From the NCBI GenBank assembly GCA_040752415.1, contig JBFMGU010000094.1:1-37160 (forward strand): a stretch of 37,160 nucleotides of DNA, in the 5' to 3' direction. Position numbers and translations under genes: made by a program. The notes under the pieces are model-generated. The model was given only the letters and a program-made list of their open reading frames with translations. It was not told the origin of the DNA and ran no database searches. This document shows positions 1 through 9,100 of this stretch, piece by piece (positions within the stretch are counted from its first letter, which is position 1; each line of letters opens with the position of its first letter). Source of the stretch: Myxococcota bacterium (GTDB lineage Bacteria > Myxococcota > JACRCW01).

Positions 1-1458
1 CTTCTCCTCGGCCGCCTCCTTGGCTTCCTCCGCCTTGGCCTCCTTCTTCTCCTCGGCGGCTTCCTCCTTCTTCTCCGCTTCGACGGACTTGGGCTCCTCC
101 TTGGCGGCGGCCTCCGTCCCCGACGACGACCCGGAGCCGGAGAACACCGACTTCACGGTGGCCACCATCGCGCCCGCCACGGTGTAGCCGGTTCCCAGCA
201 CCGCCAGCGCGCCCAATCCCAGCAGCAGCTGCTGGAACCACTTCACCACGTTGAAGTGCTTGAACCAGCTGTAGACCACCCAGGTGCTGATCAACGACGA
301 CGCCAGGGAGAGCAGCGCGGGGATGATGGAGACTATGGGATAGGGAATCAGCGCAAAGAGCGTGGCCAGGCCGGTGGGCACGGCGGTGAGCGCCACCGCG
401 GTGTAGACCATGACCAGCATGTTGCTGCGGCCCACGTCGTCGGAGCTGCCCTTCAGCTTGTTGACGATCCAGGTGGTGACCGGGTGCCACAGGAATCCGG
501 CAATCAGCGCGCCCACCACCGCGCCCACCAGGGGCCCAACGGGCAGGATGCTGCCAATGGTGATGGTGCCCTTCACCGCCTGCACAATGAGCGTGCACAC
601 GAACCCCACCAGCGCGGCGAACAGACCGCCCGGCAGCGCGTAGGAGACCAGCTCCAGGGGCCCCATGGCGGGGAAGCGCGGCTCGGCAATGCCCTTGCGC
701 ACGTGGCCCAGCGGATTGAGCGCCATCATGGGCACCGCCGCCAGGTAGTACGCCGCGGCCTTGGGCACCGCGATCATGAAATAGCCGACGCCCTTCTCCT
801 TCAGCTCGGCGAGGGCACCGCCGGCCGCGGCGGCGGCGTTCTTGCCCGCGGGTTTGCGCGCACCACTCCTGGAGCGTTCCGCGGCGGCCTTGCCCTTCCC
901 GCTCTTGTCGCTCTTCTCGGGCGGGGGCTCGTCGGGGACAAAGGGCGTGGGCGCGGATTCCGCGGACTCGTCCTTCTCCTCGGGCGGCGGGGGCTCCACG
1001 TCCTCGTCGGGCGGGGGCGCTTCCTCCTTGGGGGGCGACTTCTTCTGCGCGGAGGTCTCCTTCTTGGCGGCGGGCTTGTTCGGCTCCAGTCGCGGGCTGG
1101 AGCCCATGGCGCGCGTCTCGTCCTCGGCGCTGGCCGGCTCCACGGAGGCGTCGGTGGGCTCGGCGCTGCCCACCACGCGCACCACCTCGAACACGTGCGA
1201 AGCCACCCGGAAGCTCTGGCCGGGCGCCACCTGCACCGGGCCGGTCAGTCGCTCGTTGTTGAAGAACGTGCCGTTGGAGCTGGCCAGGTCCTTGACGAAC
1301 CACTTGCCGTCGACGGCGTAGACCTTGGCGTGGCGCTTGGAGACCGAGGGATCCTTGACCACCACCTCGGCGGGGCCACCGTCGCGGCCGATGACACCGC
1401 CCTCGGGTTCGATCTCCCAGCTGGTACTGGAGCTCTTCTCGCGGATCTCAAGCTTCAT
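1..1458 (-). CDS. FHA domain-containing membrane protein (N-terminal FHA, Pro/Glu/Lys-rich linker, multi-pass Yip1-like region); runs off the left edge
   Basis: Not in the ORF track because it has no stop in the window. Manual translation from ATG 1458: MKLEIREKSSSTSWEIEPEGGVIGRDGGPAEVVVKDPSVSKRHAKVYAVDGKWFVKDLASSNGTFFNNERL, with FHA motifs GR, SxxH and SNGT; then a charged linker and about 5-6 hydrophobic segments. The Yip1 likeness is inference. Confidence 0.88.
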   Translation of the reverse strand, partial: MKLEIREKSSSTSWEIEPEGGVIGRDGGPAEVVVKDPSVSKRHAKVYAVDGKWFVKDLASSNGTFFNNERLTGPVQVAPGQSFRVASHVFEVVRVVGSAEPTDASVEPASAEDETRAMGSSPRLEPNKPAAKKETSAQKKSPPKEEAPPPDEDVEPPPPEEKDESAESAPTPFVPDEPPPEKSDKSGKGKAAAERSRSGARKPAGKNAAAAAGGALAELKEKGVGYFMIAVPKAAAYYLAAVPMMALNPLGHVRKGIAEPRFPAMGPLELVSYALPGGLFAALVGFVCTLIVQAVKGTITIGSILPVGPLVGAVVGALIAGFLWHPVTTWIVNKLKGSSDDVGRSNMLVMVYTAVALTAVPTGLATLFALIPYPIVSIIPALLSLASSLISTWVVYSWFKHFNVVKWFQQLLLGLGALAVLGTGYTVAGAMVATVKSVFSGSGSSSGTEAAAKEEPKSVEAEKKEEAAEEKKEAKAEEAKEAAEEK

Positions 1459-1632
1459 CACGTCCGGAACCCTACAGCGATTCCGGAAAACCCGGGAGCC
1501 CGCCGACGGGGGCGCCCCTCCCGACCGCGTTCCCCGACGTCACGGCGCGGCCACGGTACGCCTGCGTGAGCGCAAGCCTGGCCCAACGGAAGCCTGGGTG
1601 GGACCGCGCTTCGCGGCGTGATAGGGCGCGGC

Positions 1633-3054
1633 TCAGCCCTTCTTCCACACAAAGCGCGGCTTCAGCATGTTCTCGACGGTGAAGATCTCGTCCAGCTGCT
1701 GCTGCGTCACCACGCCGCGCTCCAGCGCCACCTCCTGCACGCCCTTGCCGGTGGCGGCGCAGATCTTGCCAATGCGGTCGCCCTCCTCGTGCCCGATGAT
1801 GGGGTCCAGCATGGTGACGATGCCGATGCTGTTGAACACGTACTCCTTGCAGCGCTCCACGTTGGCGGTGATGCCGTCCACGCACTTGTCGCGCAGCGTG
1901 ATGAGGCCGGCCTTGAGCAGGTCCAGGCTCTCCCCCAGCGACTGCGCGATCACCGGCTCCATGACGTTGAGCTGCAGCTGCCCGGCCTCCGCCGCCATGG
2001 TGACGGTGAGATCATTGCCCATCACCTTGAAGCAGACCTGGTTGACCACCTCCGGGATCACCGGGTTCACCTTGGCGGGCATGATGGAGCTTCCCGCCTG
2101 CATCTCCGGCAGGTTGATCTCCTTGAGGCCGGCGCGCGGACCGCTGCTGAGCAGGCGCAGGTCATTGCAGATCTTGGACAGCTTCACCGCCAGGCGCTTG
2201 GCGGCACCGGAGATCATGACGTACGCGCCGCAGTCACTGGTGGCCTCCACGAGGTCGGGGGAGACCACGAAGGGATGGCCGGTGACGTCGCGCAGGTAGC
2301 GCACGGCCACCTCGGAGAAGCCCTCCGGGGCATTGACGCCGGTGCCAATGGCGGTGGCCCCCAGGTTCACCTCCAGGATGAGCTTCTGCACCAGCTCGGT
2401 GATGCGGTGCTCCTCCTTGAGCAGCGTGGCAAACGCACCGAACTCCTGGCCCAGGCTCATGGGCACCGCGTCCTGCAGCTGCGTGCGACCCATCTTCAGC
2501 ACGTGGCGGAACTCCCCCGCCTTGCGCTCGAAGCCGGCGCGCGCGTGGTCAATGGCGTGCTTCAGCTCGTCGAGCTGTTCGTAGAGGCCCACGCGGAAGG
2601 CGGTGGGGTAGGCGTCGTTGGTGGACTGGCACTTGTTGACGTGGTCGTTGGGGTGGAGGACCTCGTACTGGCCCTTCTCGTACCCGTGCAGCTCCAGGGC
2701 GAGGTTGGCAATCACCTCATTGGCGTTCATGTTGACGGAGGTGCCGGCGCCACCCTGGAACTGGTCGGAGGGGAACTGGTCCAGGCAGCGGCCTTCCTTC
2801 AGCATGACGTCGCAGGCGCGGATGATCATGTCCGCCTTCTCCGCGGGGATGGTGCCGAATTCGCGGTTGGCCAGCGCGCAGGCCTTCTTCACCTGCACCA
2901 TGGCGCGGATGAAGTGGCGGTCGGCGCTGATGGGACGACCGGAGATGCGGAAGTTCTCCATGGCGCGGAGCGTGTGGATGCCCCAGTAGGCGTCCGCGGG
3001 GACCTCCTTCTTGCCCAGCAGATCCTCTTCGATGCGAACCTTGACCGTCGTCAT
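1633..3054 (-). CDS. aspA: Aspartate ammonia-lyase (aspartase)
   Basis: [33 protein letters not shown]-terminus, [30 protein letters not shown] and the [15 protein letters not shown] fumarase/aspartase signature; AGAGG Shine-Dalgarno upstream of ATG 3054; 473 aa. Confidence 0.96.
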   Translation of the reverse strand: MTTVKVRIEEDLLGKKEVPADAYWGIHTLRAMENFRISGRPISADRHFIRAMVQVKKACALANREFGTIPAEKADMIIRACDVMLKEGRCLDQFPSDQFQGGAGTSVNMNANEVIANLALELHGYEKGQYEVLHPNDHVNKCQSTNDAYPTAFRVGLYEQLDELKHAIDHARAGFERKAGEFRHVLKMGRTQLQDAVPMSLGQEFGAFATLLKEEHRITELVQKLILEVNLGATAIGTGVNAPEGFSEVAVRYLRDVTGHPFVVSPDLVEATSDCGAYVMISGAAKRLAVKLSKICNDLRLLSSGPRAGLKEINLPEMQAGSSIMPAKVNPVIPEVVNQVCFKVMGNDLTVTMAAEAGQLQLNVMEPVIAQSLGESLDLLKAGLITLRDKCVDGITANVERCKEYVFNSIGIVTMLDPIIGHEEGDRIGKICAATGKGVQEVALERGVVTQQQLDEIFTVENMLKPRFVWKKG

Positions 3055-3530
3055 GACCGTGTACCTCTTTGCAGCAGGGGAGCCCCGCTTAGCGCGCCCC
3101 GGGTACGGGAGTGAAGAGGGGCCGGGCCGCACCACAGACGTCTCGACGCACTGAGCCAGCGCGCCTTTCCCTCGTCGCCAGGACGACGTAACGGAGCGCC
3201 ATCGCCGCTGCTCCGTGCGTCACGGGGCTGGCCGTGCTGTTGCGGTCCGGCGTGGTGCCGTGAAGGTCATCTCCGTCGGGGAAGACCGCGCGGGGAACGC
3301 GGGCCCATCCGTGGGGCCGGGAGCGACGTGGTGGCCGCGGCGAGGACGTCGGAGGGGGGCCTGCACGCGGGCGGACGCGGGGGCGGCGTGGGGACCCGCA
3401 CGGTGCGAAACCGGCGTGACCTCGCCGTGACAATCCGTGCCTACGTTGTGGCTCCAGCAATTGATGCGTGCCGTGCACCGCCGTAGAAAGGCGCCGGCCG
3501 CAGGTGCCGTGGCCACGGTGGAGCTGAGGG

Positions 3531-4466
3531 ATGGAAACTGCGGTCGAGCTGAAGGAAGTGGTGTTGGACCTCCATGGTCTGTTGCGCGACATGGACCCCG
3601 CCCGTCGGGCGCAGGTGTCCGTGGAGAGCCTGCGCCAGCGCTACCGCGAGGCGAGCCAGCACCTGGACCGGCGCCTCACCGCCCTGCCGCCGAACCCTCC
3701 CTCCGACGAGCGGGCGGCGCTGGAGCGCCTGCGCAGCGCGCTGGTCGGCCGCCAGCTGAAGTCGCCCGCGGACATCGTCCAGACGCGCAACGCGGCGCTG
3801 CCCCACTACGAGGCGCTGGCCGCGGCCTTGCGACGTCGGGGCGTGCGCGTGGATTCCCTCAACCCGCACAACGGCGTGCGGACGCTTTTCCACGTGTTGA
3901 GCGGCGTGGGCGTGGTGGCGGCGTGCCACCTGGTGCTCACTCCGCGAACCGGCGTCATGGTGGCGGCGGTGTTCGCGGCGTTCTGCTGGTCGCTGGAGAT
4001 TGCCCGACGGGTGAAGCCGGAATGGAACGACACGATCTTCGGGATGTTCCGCGCGGTGGCGCGTGAGCACGAGCGGTACCGTCCCAACTCCAGCACCTGG
4101 TACGCCACGGCGCTGCTGCTCATCTCGCTGACGGCGTTCAATGCCGCGGGCATGCTGGGCATCATGGCGCTGGCGGTGGGGGACCCGGCGGCTGCCGTGG
4201 TGGGGCGCCGGTTTGGCCGGATCAAGTTGATGCGCGGGCGCACGCTGGAGGGCTCGTTGGCGTTCGTGCTGGTCTCGCTGCTCGGTGGGATCGCGTACCT
4301 GCTGGTGATTGGCACGCCGGTGGGACTCCCGTTGTTGCTGCTGCCCCTGGCGGCGGGCGTGGCTGGCGCGGTGGCCGAGGCCATCTCCACCCGCGTCGAC
4401 GACAATTTCTCCGTCCCGCTTGCCGGCGCGTACGCCGCGCTGTTGGTGCAGGCCCTCGTCGGCTGA
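3531..4466 (+). CDS. Polyprenol/phytol/diacylglycerol kinase-like membrane protein (CTP-dependent, SEC59/DGK1/VTE5 type)
   Basis: RTLFH, AVGDPAAAVVGRRFG, RTLEGSLAF and DDNFSVP motifs; several TM helices; about 110-aa soluble helical N-terminal extension; GAGG before ATG. Confidence 0.85.
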   Translation: METAVELKEVVLDLHGLLRDMDPARRAQVSVESLRQRYREASQHLDRRLTALPPNPPSDERAALERLRSALVGRQLKSPADIVQTRNAALPHYEALAAALRRRGVRVDSLNPHNGVRTLFHVLSGVGVVAACHLVLTPRTGVMVAAVFAAFCWSLEIARRVKPEWNDTIFGMFRAVAREHERYRPNSSTWYATALLLISLTAFNAAGMLGIMALAVGDPAAAVVGRRFGRIKLMRGRTLEGSLAFVLVSLLGGIAYLLVIGTPVGLPLLLLPLAAGVAGAVAEAISTRVDDNFSVPLAGAYAALLVQALVG

Positions 4467-4501
4467 ATCCGCACCCACGGGTGGTTCGCGCGCAAGCGTT
4501 T

Positions 4502-4632
4502 CCCGTGCCCCTGCCCCTGCCCCTGCCCCTGCCCGTGCCCGGCTTGTAGGAAGCCGCAGCACAAGGGTTGTCGACAAGGAACCCTATCGGGCGATGGTGC
4601 TCTCAAACCGGGCACGGGCACGGGCAGGGAAC
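4502..4632. repeat. Inverted array of hexamer tandem repeats between convergent genes
   Basis: Six (C/G)TGCCC units at 4505-4540 and three GGGCA(C/G) units at 4610-4627; the arms are complementary and enclose a loop of about 60 nt. Confidence 0.85.
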
Positions 4633-4663
4633 GATCGCACGTCGTGGGGCCGGCGACCGCGCT

Positions 4664-4939
4664 TCACCCTGCGAGCAGCCACACCACCGTATCCACCGCG
4701 TACATCCCCACGCACACCACCTGGATGCGCATGGCCTCCTTCCGCACCCGCCCCTGCCACCGACGAGCGAGCAGCCACCCCAGCACCGGAACGGTGGCCA
4801 GGTACAAGGTGCCAATCTTCTTGAACGAGTTGTCCGGCACGCCCGGCGCGGTCACCACGAACATCCCCCGCACGACGAGAAACACCTGCGCCGCGTAGAG
4901 GGCCAGCGTCCAGACGGCTTCCGTCGTGTCACGGGGCAA
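4664..4939 (-). CDS. Small hypothetical membrane protein (about 3 TM helices)
   Basis: 91 aa, three hydrophobic stretches, GC-rich third positions, TTG start 17 nt after the previous stop. Confidence 0.6.
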   Translation of the reverse strand: MPRDTTEAVWTLALYAAQVFLVVRGMFVVTAPGVPDNSFKKIGTLYLATVPVLGWLLARRWQGRVRKEAMRIQVVCVGMYAVDTVVWLLAG

Positions 4940-4956
4940 CGCGGCGTCTCAGCGGG

Positions 4957-5157
4957 TCAGGCAGGCCACGGCGGAACGGGTTTGCTCTCCCCGGGCTTGA
5001 TGGGTGAGAGGTGCTTCAGCACGTCGCGGTAGCTCGGGTGGTCCGGCTTGTAGACCAAGCGACCGTCACCCAGCACCGGCCCCGGTCCCTGCGCGCGCAG
5101 CAGGAGCACCAGCGTGCCGTCGGGCTCCATGGTGGCGGTGCCAATGGACTCCGTCAC
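4957..5157 (-). CDS. Small hypothetical protein (66 aa), candidate inhibitor/immunity protein of the upstream peptidase
   Basis: C-terminal part of the 146-aa track ORF; GTG at 5157 overlaps the TGA of the peptidase (GTGA). Sequence (M)TESIGTATMEPDGTLVLLLRAQGPGPVLGDGRLVYKPDHPSYRDVLKHLSPIKPGESKPVPPWPA looks like a compact globular protein. Function is inference. Confidence 0.75.
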   Translation of the reverse strand: MTESIGTATMEPDGTLVLLLRAQGPGPVLGDGRLVYKPDHPSYRDVLKHLSPIKPGESKPVPPWPA

Positions 5158-6428
5158 GGCAACCCCCGCGCCGCCACGAAGTTGAATCCCGTGGATTGCA
5201 GGCGGCTCCAGTACGCGTGCAGGTTGGGCAGCCGGCGCTGCATCTCGTCGGGGTCCCGCAGGAACATGGCAAACGTCTCGGCAAACGTCTCCTCCCGCCC
5301 CGCGTCCCCCGGCTGCACCAGGTAGCTGCTGAAGTGGTGCAGGTTGGCGTGGTCCGCCTGGTACGCCGCCACGAAGTTGGCATCCTGCGCGCTGCACTTG
5401 GTGCCACCGCTCCCGAAGTCCAGCGCGTGCCCCGTCTCGTGGATGAGCAGGCTCTCACTGCCGTGCGCATTCCCGGTGTCCGGCAGGTGCCGACCATGCG
5501 GACCACCCGGCTGCGTGGCCACCACCACCTCCTTGCGCTCGACGTCGCAACACCCCGGCACGCCGTCCCAGGTGGCGCCCGGCGGCCAGCCCCGCGGTTG
5601 CACGCCGCGCAGGTGCGTGAGGTGGTCGGTGACCGAGCCGCGGCACACCACCACGTTGAAGCCCTTGCGCGCCAGCTCCAGCAGCGCTCCCGCGGGCAGG
5701 CGTTGCAGCTCCGTTGCCACCGCCTTGAGGTCCGCCTCGTTGGCGCTGCCGCCCGCGCGCAGCACCTGGCGGATGAGGTCATCCTTGCTGGTGACGGTGA
5801 CGCCGCCCTCGTACGCGGTCTTCAGCCCCTCGCGCAGCAGCGCGGTGGTCTGCGCGTAGCGTGCGTCCGCGCCGTACTGCGCGTGGAAGCGGTCCAGCTC
5901 GTCGGAGGAGAGGCTGCCATCCTGGTTGCCGCTGTGCGTGTCCACCCAGCGGGCCGCGTCCTGCAGCGCAATGTGCAGGTCCCCCACCGGCACCGAGATG
6001 CTGGGCGCCGCGCCGCCCTCGGTGTCCGCAATGCGCGCCAGGTCCTGCGCCAGCAGCTTGGCGCTGTAGGCGTGCGTGGCGTCGTTGCCAAAGGCCTCCT
6101 GGAAGTGCGCCACCTCGTCGCTGCTGAGCTGTCCGTCGCGGTTGCCCAGCGCCTGGTCCACCCACTGCCCCAGCTGCTGCAACGACGCGCCGAGCTGGTG
6201 GATGGACACCGAGAGGTCCGCGGGCAGGTCCAGCGTGGCCTGCGCGGCCGCCGCCAGCTCGGTGCGCAACGGGTCGCTGGTGGAGCGCATGCCGGGGTGC
6301 TGCCGGTCAAACTGGTCCATCTCCGCGGCATCCAGCTGCCCGTCGCGGTTGCCCACGTTCTCGTCGATCCAGGTGGCATTGGCCTGCAGGTGCGCCGAGA
6401 CGCGATGGATGGGGAGGCGGACGGTCAT
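5154..6428 (-). CDS. Zinc metallopeptidase of the anthrax lethal factor / Pro-Pro endopeptidase (ATLF-like) type with three N-terminal EF-hand-like repeats
   Basis: HETGH at 5427-5441, downstream REETFAETFA third-ligand helix, LRGVQPRGWPPGATWDGVPG motif typical of ATLF-like domains; three repeats of W-[IV]-D-x3-GN-x-DG-x-L-x3-E; no signal peptide. Confidence 0.82.
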   Translation of the reverse strand: MTVRLPIHRVSAHLQANATWIDENVGNRDGQLDAAEMDQFDRQHPGMRSTSDPLRTELAAAAQATLDLPADLSVSIHQLGASLQQLGQWVDQALGNRDGQLSSDEVAHFQEAFGNDATHAYSAKLLAQDLARIADTEGGAAPSISVPVGDLHIALQDAARWVDTHSGNQDGSLSSDELDRFHAQYGADARYAQTTALLREGLKTAYEGGVTVTSKDDLIRQVLRAGGSANEADLKAVATELQRLPAGALLELARKGFNVVVCRGSVTDHLTHLRGVQPRGWPPGATWDGVPGCCDVERKEVVVATQPGGPHGRHLPDTGNAHGSESLLIHETGHALDFGSGGTKCSAQDANFVAAYQADHANLHHFSSYLVQPGDAGREETFAETFAMFLRDPDEMQRRLPNLHAYWSRLQSTGFNFVAARGLP

Positions 6429-6482
6429 GGCCCACGGATCCTAGACAACCTGCCCGGCGGTGCACCACCGGTCTCTTGACGG

Positions 6483-6917
6483 TCACAGCAGACGCACCAG
6501 CCCGGTGGCCGTGGCACACACCTCGCCGTTGTCGTCGAGCAGGCGCGCCGCGGTGAACAGCACGCCCTTCCCGGCCCGCTCAATCCACCCCTCCGCCGCC
6601 ACCCGCTCGCTGCGCACCGCGCGCATGAAGTTGATGGAGAGCTGCATGGTGCCGCTGGGCGCGTCGGGGGAGCGGGTCACGCCGGGCATGCCCAGCACCA
6701 GGTCAAAGAGCGCCGCCAGGATCCCGCCGTTCACCGCCGCGGACTGCAGCCCGCCGCGCTGGTGGTCCCGCACCGGGTCAATCACCGCGCGCACCATGGT
6801 GGCGCTGGGAAACTCCAGGCGGATGTGGAAGTGCTTCAGCATGTCCGAGCCGTTCATCCGCAACAGGATGCGCGCGGGGACCTCGGCGTCGTCGGTGAGG
6901 AAGAGCGGTTCCGGCAT
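6483..6917 (-). CDS. PaaI-family hotdog-fold thioesterase
   Basis: AVNGGILAALFD, TMQLSINFMRAV, AEGWIERAGKGVLF, GEVCATATG; GGAGG before ATG 6917; 144 aa. Confidence 0.88.
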   Translation of the reverse strand: MPEPLFLTDDAEVPARILLRMNGSDMLKHFHIRLEFPSATMVRAVIDPVRDHQRGGLQSAAVNGGILAALFDLVLGMPGVTRSPDAPSGTMQLSINFMRAVRSERVAAEGWIERAGKGVLFTAARLLDDNGEVCATATGLVRLL

Positions 6918-7240
6918 TCGGCAACCCTCCGGCAGCGGACCGGCACGCGTCAACGGCGCTTGCGTCCGGGCCCGGGTCGACGTCGTCACGGGACAGGGCC
7001 GCCCCGTGAGAGTGAGGGCCCGCCGCACTCCAGGTCGTGGCCCGCTCACGACGTTCGCCATCCCGCTGGGAATCTTTGTGACGCAGCCCGAGACGGTGAG
7101 CGGGTCCGATCATGGGGACGAGGGCGGAGGTGGCGGCCCACAATCGGTGCCAGCCCATTGCGCCGGAGCTCCGTCGTGGCCGTGCCCCCGCCCACCCGTG
7201 CTATGGCTCCCCGCCCTCCACCACCGGAGAAGGAGCGCCC

Positions 7241-7780
7241 GTGCGTGCCGGCCATCTCTTCCTCGTCCTTCCGCTTGCGCTGAGCCTGTGGAGCTGCTCC
7301 GGCGCCACCGCCGACCCCTACCGTCGTCCCGACGACAAGGACCTGCCGGACATCTGCCGGGAAGGCGGATTGGAGCGTCACCGCGCGGCCCAGGCCGCCG
7401 CCGCCCAGGCCGCCCCACCTCGCGACGCCGGCGTTTCCAACGAGCCACCGCTGCAGGACGCCCTGGCGCCGGAGGTGGTCCGCACCGTGCTCAACAAGAG
7501 CTACAAGGCCATCCGCAGCTGCTACGAGAACGAATACGCGCGCAACCCCAAGCTCTACGGACACCTCCTGGTGGAGTTCACCATCCACAGCTCCGGCGCC
7601 GTCAAGGAGGTGCGCGTGGTGGAGGACAGCCTGGGCAATGCGCGGGTGCGGGAGTGCGTCACCACGCGCGTGCGCATCATGAGCTTCCCGCCGTTTGCCG
7701 AGGGACAGAAGGTGGACGTGTCCTATCCGTTCCTCTTCTGCGGCTACCCGCCGCCCGTCACGCCGGCCAGGACGGAATAG
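7241..7780 (+). CDS. Lipoprotein with AgmX/PglI-type (TonB C-terminal-like) domain
   Basis: AAGGAG before GTG 7241; signal peptide ending LWSC; IRSCYE..NPKLYGHLLVEFTIHSSGAV..SLGNARVRECV..FPP..VSYPFLF pattern. Confidence 0.85.
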   Translation: MRAGHLFLVLPLALSLWSCSGATADPYRRPDDKDLPDICREGGLERHRAAQAAAAQAAPPRDAGVSNEPPLQDALAPEVVRTVLNKSYKAIRSCYENEYARNPKLYGHLLVEFTIHSSGAVKEVRVVEDSLGNARVRECVTTRVRIMSFPPFAEGQKVDVSYPFLFCGYPPPVTPARTE

Positions 7781-7880
7781 CGCACGTAGGTCCGGCTGCG
7801 ACCCGACGACACCGCCGTTACAAGAGCGCCCGGACCAGGTGCATCACCCGTGATGGGTTGGTGCGGGAGGGTGGTTGTCC

Positions 7881-8555
7881 ATGCTGTGCACCGGGAGCGC
7901 GTCCACGTCGGAAGAGCGCGTGTGGAGCGTGTCCTTCTCAGACGGACTGGCGCTGCTGGCCAGCCACTTCCAGGAGGGCGAGGCGGAGGGGATCCTGCTG
8001 GACACCGTGGAGGATGTGCCGGTGGGCGCGCCCGTGACGCTGCGCGTGAACCTGGGCCGCGCCGTCACCGAGCCCCTGCAGCTGGCCTGCACCGTGCGGT
8101 GGCGACGGGTGCTGCACACCACGCCTCCCCGCGTCCAGCTGGCGTTGGACTGCGCGCGGGAGAGCCGACCGTTGTTGCGTCGTCTGCTCACCGTGGCGCG
8201 CGACGTGGCCGGGGCTGCCGCCAACCGGGCGCACACCCGCGTGCCCACCCGCATGGGCTCGGAGGTGCGCAGCTCCGACGGGCTCATGGCCACCGGCGTG
8301 GTGCTGGACCTCAGCGAGGACGGCGCGCTCATCAACATGCCGGCGGTGCACGCCGCGGGAACGGTGGTGCAACTCACCCTCAAGCCCGGCCCCCCACAAC
8401 CCAACCTGGTGATCCGCGCGCTGGTCATCTGGCACGCCAGCCGCGGGGAGCGGCTCACCGGCCTCATGTTCCTTCATGACGACGAGGAACAGCGCAAGGC
8501 CCTGCGCCACATCGTGGCGGTGATCATGATGCGCCAGGGGGTTGCCGCCCGCTGA
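7881..8555 (+). CDS. PilZ domain protein (degenerate N-terminal PilZ-like domain plus intact C-terminal PilZ)
   Basis: RAHTR (RxxxR) and DLSEDG (DxSxxG) c-di-GMP motifs, ..ALVIWH..GLMFL; GGGAGG upstream of ATG 7881. Confidence 0.85.
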   Translation: MLCTGSASTSEERVWSVSFSDGLALLASHFQEGEAEGILLDTVEDVPVGAPVTLRVNLGRAVTEPLQLACTVRWRRVLHTTPPRVQLALDCARESRPLLRRLLTVARDVAGAAANRAHTRVPTRMGSEVRSSDGLMATGVVLDLSEDGALINMPAVHAAGTVVQLTLKPGPPQPNLVIRALVIWHASRGERLTGLMFLHDDEEQRKALRHIVAVIMMRQGVAAR

Positions 8556-8573
8556 GCCGGCCGGCCTCGCGTC

Positions 8574-9095
8574 GTGCAGGTGCGGGCGGTGTGCTACGCC
8601 GTCCTCGTGGCCAACGTGTTCTCCCGACTGGGCGGGCTCCTCAAGGGCGCGGCGCGGGGCCTGCTCGCCGGCTCCAGCACGTCGCCCACCGGGGCCTTCT
8701 TCGCCGACCTGACGCCGGAAGAGCACCAGCGCATGGAGCGCCAACGTCGAGTTGCGCTGGCCGCGGCGCAGACGGTGGGCGGGCCCGCGGCGTGGTCGCG
8801 CAGTGCCGCCGACCTGGAGGTGCTGCAGCGGATGGTCGACGAGGAGGTGTTCTCCCCGACGCAGACCTTCGAGCTGCAGGCGCTGGGCGTGGTCTTTGGC
8901 GACGTGCTGGAGACGGAGTTGGGCTTGCGGTGGGTGGTGGTGATGGATGAGCTGGGCACGGACCCCACGCTGCGCTTCCGCGACACCAGCATCCAGGTCA
9001 ACGCGCTCACCATGATCGCCCAGCGCGTCACGGAAGGTCGTCCGGTGAAGCTGCGGGAGCTGATGGAAGAGGTCCGCCGGTCGCTGCCCACGTAG
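8574..9095 (+). CDS. DUF3806-like protein
   Basis: DLEVLQRMVD..TFELQALGVVFGDVL..GLRWVVVMDELGTDPTLRFRDTSIQVNALTMIAQRV pattern; start uncertain (8574 or GTG 8607). Confidence 0.75.
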   Translation: MQVRAVCYAVLVANVFSRLGGLLKGAARGLLAGSSTSPTGAFFADLTPEEHQRMERQRRVALAAAQTVGGPAAWSRSAADLEVLQRMVDEEVFSPTQTFELQALGVVFGDVLETELGLRWVVVMDELGTDPTLRFRDTSIQVNALTMIAQRVTEGRPVKLRELMEEVRRSLPT

Positions 9096-9100
9096 CGGGT

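Noticed and set aside
3055..3530. Small ORFs or a riboswitch between aspA and the kinase
   Set aside because: No recognisable motif, SD or riboswitch consensus; treated as a divergent promoter region.
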